From the IMG/VR virus record IMGVR_UViG_3300022654_000689: 64,000 nt of DNA; one strand, 5' to 3'. Below, in pieces: positions 10,435 through 21,334 of this stretch. Numbering within the stretch: the first letter of the stretch is position 1; the number at the start of each line of letters is the position of its first letter. The position numbers were made by a program, and so were the translations under genes. The notes under the pieces are model-generated. The model worked only from the letters and a program-made list of their open reading frames with translations. It did no database searches and was not told the origin of the DNA. This DNA comes from a virus (lineage: Duplodnaviria > Caudoviricetes).

Positions 10435-10932
10435 TTATTTTCTAAGGTTTTCTATTCTTATTTTTATCTCTTCTATACCTTTTTCGTTAGTTCCAAAACT
10501 TGTTTCTTCTATTAATTCTATTGCATCACATAAACCTTTTATTGCATTTTCTTTTCCAACTATACTCATGCTATATTCATCAGCTTCAAATTCATCATTA
10601 AGGTCTCTATCTAATGCTACTCCATTATTTAATGCTGCTACAGTTTTGTCATATTGTTTATAGAAATGTCCTAGTTCATGATATATTAAGAATTCTTGTG
10701 CTTCTTTAGTTAAGTCTTCAAAATCAAAATCTACTATTATTAAAGGTCTTATTTCATTATCTTTTTTTACTGGTGTAAAAGCTATCATACTAAAACCATA
10801 GTTTGTTAACATTTCAGTACTTTTTATTGCCATGAATCCTAATTCATTTACTTCAAGATTATTTATTATTTCGTCATTTATACAATCTACTTCATAACTG
10901 TCATTTAATTTTTCTATTATATTATTTAACAT
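10435..10932 (-). CDS. HExxH zinc-metallopeptidase-like protein (M48/ImmA-like)
   Basis: FLIYHELGH followed by EFEADEY. Confidence 0.7.
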   Translation of the reverse strand: MLNNIIEKLNDSYEVDCINDEIINNLEVNELGFMAIKSTEMLTNYGFSMIAFTPVKKDNEIRPLIIVDFDFEDLTKEAQEFLIYHELGHFYKQYDKTVAALNNGVALDRDLNDEFEADEYSMSIVGKENAIKGLCDAIELIEETSFGTNEKGIEEIKIRIENLRK

Positions 10933-11114
10933 AAAAATACCTCCACAAATTTAAATTTATTTTTATTTCACAGATATAGTATATGAATGAAAAATTTATA
11001 AATACGGTTAAAAAAGTATCCATATAGACTATGATAGTCTATATGGATTAAAGTATAGTATTAAATAATATAATGTGGATAAATTATATCATCAAGTTGA
11101 AATTATCGTACATA

Positions 11115-11126
11115 AACAATACGTTA
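11115..11126 (+). promoter_or_regulatory. Late promoter motif AACA-N6-TA
   Basis: AACA-ATACGT-TA upstream of the HD-domain gene. Confidence 0.6.
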
Positions 11127-11186
11127 TATTGTATTGTAATTATTTGTTAATTAATTACAAATCTAAAAAGAAAAAGGTGTCTTATT

Positions 11187-11804
11187 GTGGATATAATAGA
11201 TTTTAATAGCATGTATAACACATTCATTAAAAATAATGACGACTTTACAATATGTGAAGAAATATTAAATAAATTATATAAAAAAGATCCAATAACTTAT
11301 AATCATTGTTATAGAGTTGGCTGTCTAGCTTGTAGTTTTTCTATGTTCCTGGGTAATAGTGACGATTATAACAAAAAAATATTCAATTCAGCAATATTAC
11401 ATGATATAGGAAAACTTAAAATATCTAATGATATTATGAATAAAAATGCAAAAAATCTTACACATGAAGACAGAATAATACTTAAAAAACATCCTTTATA
11501 CGGTGTTGAATTTATATTGAAAAATAACTACGAACAAATTTATTATGTTACACCGGTATTAGCACTTCATCACGAAACAACAAGTGGAACAGGATGCTTC
11601 AATCTTGATTATTTGGATCTATCTAATTTTATTATTACTGTTAAAATTTGCGATTGCTTTGATGCAATTAGAGTTGCTAGGAGACCAGATGATATTAATA
11701 GAACTGTAGATGAAGCGCTTAATATACTTAATACTAATTGTTTTCATAATCTTATACCTACATGGATTGAAAAATTTAATAAGTATATTAAATACATATT
11801 ATAA
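11187..11804 (+). CDS. HD-GYP-like phosphohydrolase
   Basis: TYNHCYRV, ILHDIGK, KKHPLYG, HHE..SGTGCF, ICDCFDA..RR. Confidence 0.8.
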   Translation: MDIIDFNSMYNTFIKNNDDFTICEEILNKLYKKDPITYNHCYRVGCLACSFSMFLGNSDDYNKKIFNSAILHDIGKLKISNDIMNKNAKNLTHEDRIILKKHPLYGVEFILKNNYEQIYYVTPVLALHHETTSGTGCFNLDYLDLSNFIITVKICDCFDAIRVARRPDDINRTVDEALNILNTNCFHNLIPTWIEKFNKYIKYIL

Positions 11805-11829
11805 AATTGATGAAAATAAGGAGGTTATT

Positions 11830-12672
11830 ATGATCGATTATAAAAAATTTAATGATGCTATGAAAGCAAAAGATACACTTAAAGGACACTTTATTTTAAA
11901 GGATGAAAATGGTAATATTCTTGAAGAAAAAGATAATTTAATCGTTTTAAGATCTAGATTATTCGTATTATTGCATTTATTTAAGCCAGATGATGAGACG
12001 CGTAATGAGATGGAACAATCATATATAAAAAATGACAGAAGAAGAATATGTTTATTCAAAATTGGTATGGGAGGAGCTGATACGCAATCTGCACCATTTC
12101 AACCATTTGTGCCTAAATTTACAGATAGAGATTTAGCTAATCCTATTCCATTTGTAGTAACAAATTCTATCAAAGAGTTAGATCCTGAATTGGATGCAAA
12201 TCCTAGTGTATTTTTACCAGATAAACATAATTTTAATAAAGCTAAACGTGAAGTATATCATTGGGCTGAAGAGAACGCAGATGATAGTGTTAGTTATTTT
12301 GCTAAAACTTTTGATAATATTAAATTTAATTTTAATACTGAAAGTAATGAAATGTATGCTGAGTTACAACTAACTATTGAAAACTGGGACGCTAGAGGCT
12401 TCTTCTTTAATGAATTGGGATTGTTACTGGCTGAAGAGTACTATATTAAAATCGACTCAGATCTAAATTATTTAAAAGACGAAAATGGAGAATTAATAAC
12501 AATATCTGAATCCGAGTTTAAAGAAGAAATGGCAGCTACTAAAGGAGCATGCGAAGATAATTATATAAAACAATATAAAGATATGGAATTATTTAGCAGA
12601 GTGACATTTGGTACTAAATCTTTAAAAACTCTTAATAATAAACTAATAATGGAATATAGAATATATGTGTAA
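11830..12672 (+). CDS. Putative baseplate/tail structural protein
   Basis: SD GGAGG before ATG 11830; DNLIVLRSR..ICLFKIGMGG..FFNELGL..LFSRVTF pattern resembles jumbo-phage baseplate proteins. Confidence 0.5.
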   Translation: MIDYKKFNDAMKAKDTLKGHFILKDENGNILEEKDNLIVLRSRLFVLLHLFKPDDETRNEMEQSYIKNDRRRICLFKIGMGGADTQSAPFQPFVPKFTDRDLANPIPFVVTNSIKELDPELDANPSVFLPDKHNFNKAKREVYHWAEENADDSVSYFAKTFDNIKFNFNTESNEMYAELQLTIENWDARGFFFNELGLLLAEEYYIKIDSDLNYLKDENGELITISESEFKEEMAATKGACEDNYIKQYKDMELFSRVTFGTKSLKTLNNKLIMEYRIYV

Positions 12673-12725
12673 AGCATTTGCTTTACACATATATTTATTA
12701 AATTTAAATTTATGGGAGGTATTTT

Positions 12726-13934
12726 ATGAATACAAATTTAGTAAACCAATTAAACAACGTTACAAATTCTATTAAATGCAAGTCTATATATGATTACTGT
12801 TTTATGACAAAAGCAATAATGTCTACAATAGCTAATATAACAAGTGATGAAAAGTCATTCATTGTATCTTTAGATTATTATAAAGAATCTATAAAATTTG
12901 AAAATTATTTAGGATTAGAGTACACATCATTTATTAAAACTAAAGTTAAGAAAAGACATAGTGGTGAATTAGTTGATGCATTTAAACCGGATAAAGTAGT
13001 ACTTATCAATGAAGATAATATAAAAGATCCTTTATTTAGAGCAGCTTTAGTAACTGTCATGAATGTAGAACTAGTACAAAAATTTTCAATTCCTGATAAG
13101 TTTGATTCGTATGATGTTAAAAGAAACGCAAGGAATACAAATCTATGGAGTGTATTATTGAATAATATAATAGAAGATAGTACATTAGACTCTGATACTG
13201 TTTATTGGATTATGATATTTGCATTGTTACTTAAAGAAGCAAATTATGATAGAAATGTTACAATTTCGAAGTTTGCATCTGATGAATACAAAGAACTACT
13301 AGATACCCATCTAAAATCAATTCAACAATATCATTATCTAATAAATGATATTATGGATAAAACTGGAATAACAAACTACTGTCAAAGATTTTATTCATTT
13401 GATAATGTTTGTAATTATCTAACTAATTTGAATCATCAGAAAAAAGAACTTTTATCTGTATTAAAAATGTTAGATTGCTATAAAAATTCAAAGTATTACA
13501 ATGAAACTGTATCTACATTATATTTAGGTATTCCTATATTTGACTCTGTTAAAACAGATAAAGGTTATAGTAGTGTATTTGAACCTAGATATAAATGGGC
13601 AACAGATGCTAGTAGTTTCAAGAGCTGTATTTCTTCTTTAGCTGAAATCAATTTAGCTCTTATAGAAATTGCCAATGAGACTGAACATTACAAGGACTTT
13701 ATTAATAATATTAATATTATCTTCATAGATAATTGTGTTAAACTAATTAATAATGAATATTCCGAACTATTTTCAACTAGAACTATAGGAGCTATGAAAC
13801 GTGTTAAGTACGGACGTTCAATTTCAAAAAGTGAAATTGAAGGTTTTAAATTCATAACCGAGATTAGTGATAAGTTTGAAGATAGGAAATTTGCTAAAAG
13901 TATCAAAAAGTATTATACAGATACAATACTATAA
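12726..13934 (+). CDS. Hypothetical protein (ends YYTDTIL)
   Basis: Long ORF with SD GGGAGG. Confidence 0.7.
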   Translation: MNTNLVNQLNNVTNSIKCKSIYDYCFMTKAIMSTIANITSDEKSFIVSLDYYKESIKFENYLGLEYTSFIKTKVKKRHSGELVDAFKPDKVVLINEDNIKDPLFRAALVTVMNVELVQKFSIPDKFDSYDVKRNARNTNLWSVLLNNIIEDSTLDSDTVYWIMIFALLLKEANYDRNVTISKFASDEYKELLDTHLKSIQQYHYLINDIMDKTGITNYCQRFYSFDNVCNYLTNLNHQKKELLSVLKMLDCYKNSKYYNETVSTLYLGIPIFDSVKTDKGYSSVFEPRYKWATDASSFKSCISSLAEINLALIEIANETEHYKDFINNINIIFIDNCVKLINNEYSELFSTRTIGAMKRVKYGRSISKSEIEGFKFITEISDKFEDRKFAKSIKKYYTDTIL

Positions 13935-13968
13935 AAGAAGTGTCCCATATCTGGGACACTTCTTTTTT

Positions 13969-16662
13969 TTACCAATTTATATTATATCTAGTGTCACATG
14001 AAATTTCATCTTCGTCATATGAATATTTTTCTATATAATCTCCATTCACGTCTAGTATTAATTCACCATTTTCATTAGTTTCAAGTATAATATTTTTAAA
14101 TTTAATATTTTCACTATAAGTTAATTGTTCAGCTAGATTAAATATTTCAGTTTCAGAATGTGTTTCTTGTAAATCAAAACAATCTGTATCTATTGATTCT
14201 TCAGATGAAATAACAAATTCATCAAACATTCTAACTGTATTAAATACTGGCTCATCATATATATAATTATATTCATTGTCAAGAATGTCAGTAGTATATG
14301 CTTTAAAAACCATTAATGTAATAGTTATATATTTTTTAACAAAATCACTAATTCCTATAAATTCATTTTCTATAAAATAGTTGCACGCAGGATCGTTTAC
14401 GAAAATATCCAAAGTTTCAGTTAATTCAAAAATTGTTTTATCGTACCATTCTTGTTCTTTAATTTCATCTCCAGCAACTGATATTGGAATTTTTATATGG
14501 TTATATAATTCTATATCATTTTTCATTAAATAGTCATCCCATGTTTTACATTCATTAATCATATATAAATTCATATTTTGAGGCTCTGTAAAGGCAGTTT
14601 CCCATAATTCCATATAATTTTTATATAAAGTATAATTATTCGTATCTAATATAAATTTTTCTAATTGTTCTTTTAAACCAATATTATATTTTAATATTGA
14701 CATAAATTCATCAATACTGTAATACTCATCTTGTTGAATATTAAATTGAGTGAACATTTCAAAATAACAATTAAGATCATCATAGTATAAAATATCTGCC
14801 GGGTTTTTCTTTAATACAGAACGGTAACGATCTATATTATCGGCAGTTAATATATCTCTACGGTTATAATCTATAATATCTTTTAATAATACGAAACAAC
14901 GTATATCAAAACCATTTTTAACATAAAGTTGATTTAATTCTATATTATTTATATTGTTTAGTAACATTTCAAGTTGTATTTCAACATTAACATTATTTTC
15001 AATTATTCTTTTGAAATTTTCAAATGGTTTAGTATCATTATTATATTTGTATATATTATATTTTATTAAATAGTCATATAAGTTTGGGAAACGTTTTTTA
15101 AAATCAGTAATACTGAGATTGTTACGTATCAATTTTTCACTATAAAATTGTAAACAATCAAAAAGTATATATTCAGAATCACCTTTTCCAACTTTAATTT
15201 TTTCATATATATTATTAAATTTGTAATAGTGACTAGATCTTAATAATTGTTCATATATTTCATCATGTTGCTGGTAATACGATTTTATATAATCTCTAGT
15301 ATATACGCTTGCTTGTGTAAATGATTCTAAAGCGAATGTATCAAAGAATTCATATAATAATGTGTATTTACCTTCCTTATCCAACCAATATCGACTATTT
15401 ATTATTTCATATTGCAATTCTTTTAAAAATTTCTCAATTTTTTCATTAGAACTTAGTGACCCGAATCCCCATATGCCTTTACCTATATTGGTGTAATTAA
15501 TTTTAGTACTAAGCTTATTACGTTTTAGAATCATTATAGTTATTGCAATAATCGCATTAAATACATCAATTGGTTGTGGCGATATATTTTTATTAACAAA
15601 TTTAAATCTTTCTTTATCTTTATAAATATTAAATCTAGATTCAATCGCATATATTAATGAAGCAAAATACGCAGTATTCGTTGTATTTTTTACAATATCA
15701 CTAAAAATATTTATTGATAGATACTTAGAATCAACTATATTAAAATCATGTTGTAATACTTCTTCTTTGGTTGCCTGCCATAATGCGTCTCCACCTACAA
15801 CATTTTCAAATGAAACAATTTCATCTGTTTCAACGTTTGTTACCTGATCTATTGGCGTTTTATAGAAAAAAACATCATCATTATTCCAATCTTTAGCTAA
15901 AACGTATTTATTTATTTTAATATTATTAAAACCAAATGCATCTAGTATTACTTCAAAACATTTATTAGTTCCTTTATATTGTATAATGGTATTTATTTTT
16001 TTAATTAATTTACGCTGATAAGTAAGTGGCAATCCATCAAAATAATCTAATCCATAACTTATAAATGTATTTTTACAATCAGTTTTGGTATATCGATCTA
16101 CATCAAAAAATCTTTCCATTTTTTTAGTCAAATACTTTTGAATTGCAAAAAATATAACTAATTCTCTAAAATATTCCTTATATAGAGGCTCTCCATTAAG
16201 GCCTGATGTGTGAATAACTTGGAAGTAATAATTTACTGTGTCATGATAGGCTTGAAGAAATATGGCTTTGTCACTATCTCCAAGCGAGTTATTTGTTGCT
16301 TTAAGTATGTCGAAATCTTTAGCTTGTCTAGCTGTAAAGTAATCAATATTATATTCCGAATTTAATTTTAAATAATACTTATTTTTTTCTTTATATGTTT
16401 TAAGTATTGTTTGTTTCTCTAAATCAGTAAGCCCGCTAACCCCTATATCCATCACTATTGACGTGTAAGTATCGGCAGCTGTACTTATTTCTAAAGTTTC
16501 ATATTTCATTGCTTCGTCATAATCTTTAATTACTAATCCTTCTGCAAAATCTATTACATTTTTAATATCATTAATATCTTCTTGAGATACAATTTCATAC
16601 GTTAAATTATCTAATTTCATGTATTTGTCTAAATAACGAGTCTTGTTATAATCTATTTCCAT
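13969..16662 (-). CDS. Putative baseplate wedge protein
   Basis: IIQYKGTNKCFEVILDAFG (KGT motif of baseplate wedge/gpI-like proteins); late promoter upstream. Confidence 0.55.
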   Translation of the reverse strand: MEIDYNKTRYLDKYMKLDNLTYEIVSQEDINDIKNVIDFAEGLVIKDYDEAMKYETLEISTAADTYTSIVMDIGVSGLTDLEKQTILKTYKEKNKYYLKLNSEYNIDYFTARQAKDFDILKATNNSLGDSDKAIFLQAYHDTVNYYFQVIHTSGLNGEPLYKEYFRELVIFFAIQKYLTKKMERFFDVDRYTKTDCKNTFISYGLDYFDGLPLTYQRKLIKKINTIIQYKGTNKCFEVILDAFGFNNIKINKYVLAKDWNNDDVFFYKTPIDQVTNVETDEIVSFENVVGGDALWQATKEEVLQHDFNIVDSKYLSINIFSDIVKNTTNTAYFASLIYAIESRFNIYKDKERFKFVNKNISPQPIDVFNAIIAITIMILKRNKLSTKINYTNIGKGIWGFGSLSSNEKIEKFLKELQYEIINSRYWLDKEGKYTLLYEFFDTFALESFTQASVYTRDYIKSYYQQHDEIYEQLLRSSHYYKFNNIYEKIKVGKGDSEYILFDCLQFYSEKLIRNNLSITDFKKRFPNLYDYLIKYNIYKYNNDTKPFENFKRIIENNVNVEIQLEMLLNNINNIELNQLYVKNGFDIRCFVLLKDIIDYNRRDILTADNIDRYRSVLKKNPADILYYDDLNCYFEMFTQFNIQQDEYYSIDEFMSILKYNIGLKEQLEKFILDTNNYTLYKNYMELWETAFTEPQNMNLYMINECKTWDDYLMKNDIELYNHIKIPISVAGDEIKEQEWYDKTIFELTETLDIFVNDPACNYFIENEFIGISDFVKKYITITLMVFKAYTTDILDNEYNYIYDEPVFNTVRMFDEFVISSEESIDTDCFDLQETHSETEIFNLAEQLTYSENIKFKNIILETNENGELILDVNGDYIEKYSYDEDEISCDTRYNINW

Positions 16663-16693
16663 TGTGTTACCCCCTATTCATTTCCGTTTATCA

Positions 16694-16727
16694 TACTTAG
16701 TTGTTTTTTCAGTCAAACAACCTAATA
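16694..16727. promoter_or_regulatory. Back-to-back divergent late promoters
   Basis: Minus strand AACA-ACTAAG-TA (16705..16694) and plus strand AACA-ACCTAA-TA (16716..16727). Confidence 0.7.
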
Positions 16728-16770
16728 TAATGTAAATAAAATCGAACAAATAGAGGAGGAACACATAAAA

Positions 16771-17379
16771 ATGGAAGGAATGTACATCGGGATAAAAATT
16801 AATAATAATGAATTATATAGAGTTGATTGTAGACGCTCATTAGTTCAAAAAGGTGCAGTAGATCTTACAGGTGTTGCTCTATTTGCTGATATTGGTTCTG
16901 CTTTCATTAGACAAAATGTAGAATCACTAAAAGGTGTTTCACAACTGTCATTTAAAGATTATGAAACAGGAATGGTATTTGAAATAGAAATGCATCAAGC
17001 TACAAGAAATGTAAATATATTGATGACTGATTCTGTAACTGGATTAAGTCGTTTGTTATTACCTAGTGAATTTAAAGTTATAATAGACACTAGCTGGTTT
17101 AATGTAATTGATGAAAATGGTAATTTAGCAGTATCTACTATATTTGAAGTTAATTCAATAGATCTTTCAAGATTATGCAATATGTCTAAAGATATTCTTA
17201 ATATAGGATTATTACATTATATTAAAGTTGGAGGATCTGCAACTGATATAAGAATTAATATGGCTCAAATAATACCTATTATTATAGCTCATGACGATTA
17301 TATAGCTACAATACAAATGAATGAAAATACACCTATATTAATACAACAATGGTATGAAAATGGTTGTCCATTAGAATAA
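16771..17379 (+). CDS. Hypothetical late (possibly virion) protein
   Basis: SD GAGGAGG; late promoter upstream. Confidence 0.65.
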   Translation: MEGMYIGIKINNNELYRVDCRRSLVQKGAVDLTGVALFADIGSAFIRQNVESLKGVSQLSFKDYETGMVFEIEMHQATRNVNILMTDSVTGLSRLLLPSEFKVIIDTSWFNVIDENGNLAVSTIFEVNSIDLSRLCNMSKDILNIGLLHYIKVGGSATDIRINMAQIIPIIIAHDDYIATIQMNENTPILIQQWYENGCPLE

Positions 17380-17484
17380 GTTTTAAGAGTATATTATAAT
17401 AATGCAGTGAATGACTAAATTTAGTCATTCACTTTTTAATTTATAAGTAACATCAAATTAAATTAATTTAAATGGGAGGTATTT

Positions 17485-19904
17485 ATGAATATATTAACAG
17501 AATACAAAGAAAGAATGATAAAGAATATCAAACGATTAAGACCTGATGTTCCTGATGAAAAGATTGAAAAGATAGTTGTTAAGAAGATGAAAGAACAAAT
17601 GAAGATACCTGAATGTGAATTAGAAGGTACTAGAACAAATGTGTTTAAATTAGTTCAATTTATAAGAGAAAAAGATTTAATAATAACTCCATTTGGCGCT
17701 TTATATCGATCACATGAAAATGCTCCTAATGAATTGGCTGGAATGGTCGATATGCTTCTTAAAGAACGTAAAGTTGCTAAAAAGCAAATGTTCAAGTATG
17801 CAGATACAGATCCAGTATTACACAATAACTACAAGATGATACAGCTAACACTAAAATTATTAGCAAACTCATTCTATGGAGCAAGTATAGAAGCTAATAG
17901 TATATTTTATCATCCATACTTCGGCCCCTCTATCACTTTCAGTGGCCAACGTATAATAATGACGGCAGTTAATATATTTGAGAAGTTCTGCGGTAATAAC
18001 ATCATGTTCCGTTCTCAAGATGATGTACTTCAATATATGATTAATATATTAGAAGAAGATTATATAGATATTGAAATTGATGACGTTGATATGAAAGATT
18101 TATATTTCTATCTAGTTGATAAAACAGACAACAATCCAGAAATGGTACAAGTTGCTAAGTTTATAAAATCATTATCTCAAGTTGAATTGAATAGAATTTA
18201 TTATCGTAACAATCTTCTTGAAATTGTAAAACATAGTAAGACAGTTCAAGATTTAATGTCTGGTATCTTAGGAAATGACAAATTTCTAGATCCAAATGAG
18301 CCGCCTGAAGAAATGAAAGAGAATATAGATAGACTTTGGGAGATTCTTGAAAACTGGGTATACTATAATAATCAAGATTTCTATTGTTGGGATAACGCAG
18401 ATGTAAGAGAAAGAAAAACAGTATTAACGATTAATTAATTAGTCCTTCATATTAGTGATAATATGTCGAAAGCATTCTAATTGCTGGGAACCCCTTAGAG
18501 CCTGATTAACTACAACGTGATCCGTGAGGATGAGCGTGAATGTTTGAAAATAATCAGGATTGGGCAATCAGCAGCTAAGATTTGTATTAAAATTTGAAGA
18601 TACCGATAACAATTTCGTATTACTATTAAAAATTTGGAGTGATACTACATGACAAGAAAATTAACACATGAAGAATTTTTAGAAAAAACATTTCAGAATT
18701 AGAAGAAACTAAAAAAAGAGACGCAGCAAAGAATAAATTTTGCGAGGATAATAATTTAAAATTGTTAAGAATTGGATACGAAAGTTATAAGAATATTAAT
18801 TCGGTATTAGATTCATATTTTAATACATTTAAAGTTCAACGACCAGTCGTAATGACGTACACTCTAAGCCAATAATGAGAGTGGAAATGGGTGCCATCTT
18901 ATTTTATTAAGATGTTGATATGGTCTGGCCTAACTAGAAATAGTTAGATCCATTGGGTCGGTCTGGCGAGCCGGCTTAAACATTTGCGTGATACTGATTC
19001 AAATTTCCTTTATCTACAACCATTTGTTAAAACATGCTTTGATATGTTCAATCTTAAAGATAACGACCTAAACAGAATGACAACTACTAATGTGTGTGGT
19101 TATTTGTTAGGAAAAGTTATAGCAAAACAATATTGGGAAATGACTACTAGTTTAGGAATACCTACAGCCAAACGTCCTATTATTGCGATGAAAAATGAAT
19201 TTTTCTATAAACGTATCATGTTAACTAAGAATAAGAAAAACTATGGAGGAATGGTTGCACTTCAAGAAGGTAACTTAGTACCACCTGAAAGAGGACTAGA
19301 TATTAAAGGTTTACCTATTAAGAAAGTTTCTGTAAACAAAGATGTAAGAGAACATTTTACAGATATACTACAAAATGATATTCTATTAGCAGATGATATA
19401 AGACTTAGCAGAGTAGTTTACAAGTATCAACAATTAGAAAGTGAGATAAGAGAATCACTTGCAAAAGGTGAAACTAGATTTACAAAACCAGATAAAATTA
19501 ATATGATTGAAACTTATAAATTACCATTTGGTATACAATCAGTAAGGGGGACTTTATTATGGAATGCAATATATCCAGAAAAAGAAATTAGTATACCAAC
19601 TAAAGTAAACACTGTTAAACTTGCAATAGACAATATATTTGAAGATCCAACAATACCTGACTTTGTTAAAGAAGCGACAGAAAAATTATTTAAAGAATTT
19701 CCAGATTTAGAATCTAAAGGTACAACAGTAATATGTGTACCAAAAGATTTAGATAAGTTAGACGATTGGATAATAGAACATCTTGATATTGATACTATAG
19801 TAAATGACAATATGAAACCGGGACTTCCAATATTAGAAGCTATAGGATTTAGACCAGTTACCGCTAATAAAACTCAAATTGCAAGTAACATTATCCATCT
19901 TTAG
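17485..19904 (+). CDS. Split family-B DNA polymerase, subunit with motifs B and C (exons 17485..18431 and 18989..19904)
   Basis: QLTLKLLANSFYG (motif B); spliced TVLTIDTDSNF (motif C); MKNEF, KKNYGG, DIKGL. Confidence 0.92.
18432..18988 (+). mobile_element. Group I intron with degenerate endonuclease remnant
   Basis: Short P1 GAU/GUC, core motifs present, terminal G at 18988; removal gives ATT-GAT-ACT-GAT-TCA. Confidence 0.88.
18649..18875 (+). pseudogene. Internally deleted homing endonuclease remnant
   Basis: MTRKLTHEEFLEK then stop; another frame gives ETKKRDAAKNKFCEDNNLKLLRIGY, similar to the C-termini of the HEGs at 42738 and 48286. Confidence 0.75.
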
Positions 19905-19940
19905 GATAATGTTACTATTTTAAAAAAGGAGAATAGGCCT

Positions 19941-20666
19941 ATGGGAAACAAATTTCAAGAAACACAAGCTATAAAATTATATATAATATGCGATATAGAC
20001 GATATATTAGTATTACAAACACCAAAATGGTGTAAAATGTTATACGAACAATATAAAGACGATCCAATAATGAATAAGTATTTGGCACTAGATAAACTAT
20101 TATGTAATAAGGATATAGTTCTTGAAAGAGGGGAATATTATTTAAACAAATGGCTCGCAAATCCTGATATTCCATTAGACAAAGTTCCTAAAGAAATTAA
20201 TGAAGCAATATTAGATGTTTGCGATGTTATAGATTTTTATGATGACTTAGAACCTACAAAAATGGGAATTGCCATAAGAGACTTATGTCAAACAACAAAA
20301 GTCGCTAAGATATATTTTGTAAGCAAAAATGATGAAGGCCCTGCATGGGAAAGTAAAAAAAGATTTATGGATAAACATTTTAATTTTGGAGATAAATCGG
20401 AGTTAATACGTGTTCCTTTAAAAGAACGCAAGAGTGATTATATTAATAAGTATATAAAAGATAAAGATAAAATCAATATTATATTTGAAGATCACCCTAA
20501 AAATGTAATAGACATTTTAGATAACTCGCTTCAAAACAATAAAGAAGTTGCGGCAATGTGTCCTGATTTTGGATACGTGCTATTTTCAGAAGATTTTTCA
20601 GATGAAAAACTTCAAGAATATGACGACAATTTTAGAGAAATTCGTATTTATGAAACATTAGATTAA
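19941..20666 (+). CDS. HAD-superfamily 5'-nucleotidase-like protein
   Basis: IICDIDDILV (DxD), WESKKRF, IIFEDHP. Confidence 0.65.
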   Translation: MGNKFQETQAIKLYIICDIDDILVLQTPKWCKMLYEQYKDDPIMNKYLALDKLLCNKDIVLERGEYYLNKWLANPDIPLDKVPKEINEAILDVCDVIDFYDDLEPTKMGIAIRDLCQTTKVAKIYFVSKNDEGPAWESKKRFMDKHFNFGDKSELIRVPLKERKSDYINKYIKDKDKINIIFEDHPKNVIDILDNSLQNNKEVAAMCPDFGYVLFSEDFSDEKLQEYDDNFREIRIYETLD

Positions 20667-20710
20667 TAAAACATACCATCATGATAATAAAAGGATGGGA
20701 GCGAAAAAAA

Positions 20711-21190
20711 ATGAGCCAATCACTTAATAATTTAAACATATATAATGAATTTGGAGCTGACGTTAGTTCTTCTCAGGCCAAACAAGTTGTACAAACGACG
20801 TATGATAGACAATTAGATACTCTTACAAAATTATTCAAATTAATAGTAACTACGATAAAAGAGAAATGGTCTAAATTTATGGCAACTATAGATGATAATT
20901 TAGCTAAACTAAAAAATCGTATAGATGTCTCTGGCAATGGAGGAGGGTCTAACCTATTAAGACAAGCATATTTTAAAATGGAACAAGTTAAAAAATTTGA
21001 TAACCCCATGAAAAGAGTTTTAATGAAAGCTAATATGATATTTTCTAAAGCTAGAAACTCATCCAACCCTCAATTAATAATGCAGGCTAAAGAACAGCTT
21101 AAAGAACAACGTCAAATCCAAAAAAACACAATAGATAGCGCAAAAACAGTTTTAGAAGAATCTAAAGCAATGTTAAAGAATAAACGATAA
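20711..21190 (+). CDS. Putative internal head protein
   Basis: IYNE possible maturation site, amphipathic basic helices; AACA-N6-CA upstream. Confidence 0.5.
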   Translation: MSQSLNNLNIYNEFGADVSSSQAKQVVQTTYDRQLDTLTKLFKLIVTTIKEKWSKFMATIDDNLAKLKNRIDVSGNGGGSNLLRQAYFKMEQVKKFDNPMKRVLMKANMIFSKARNSSNPQLIMQAKEQLKEQRQIQKNTIDSAKTVLEESKAMLKNKR

Positions 21191-21215
21191 ACCGTATCTA
21201 TAAAATTTTAAATTA

Positions 21216-21265
21216 TATATTATAATTGTGAATAAAGATAAAATATTTTATCTTTATTCACAATT
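21216..21265 (+). promoter_or_regulatory. TATATTAT early-type promoter followed by a perfect 42-bp palindrome
   Basis: AATTGTGAATAAAGATAAAA-TA-TTTTATCTTTATTCACAATT at 21224..21265. Confidence 0.55.
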
Positions 21266-21334
21266 TATCAATATCTTTATTCATCTAAGTTAATTAAAAA
21301 AATTAAATTAAATATGGTGAAAGGTGGTAATTAT

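Noticed and set aside
11710-11829. N-terminal hydrophobic extension of the 11710 ORF as a signal peptide
   Set aside because: It overlaps the upstream HD gene; the SD supports ATG 11830.
18421-18440. Stop-codon reassignment as the explanation for fragmented RNAP, polymerase and endolysin genes
   Set aside because: Every break is explained by a group I intron with exact frame restoration; TAA, TAG and TGA all end normal genes.
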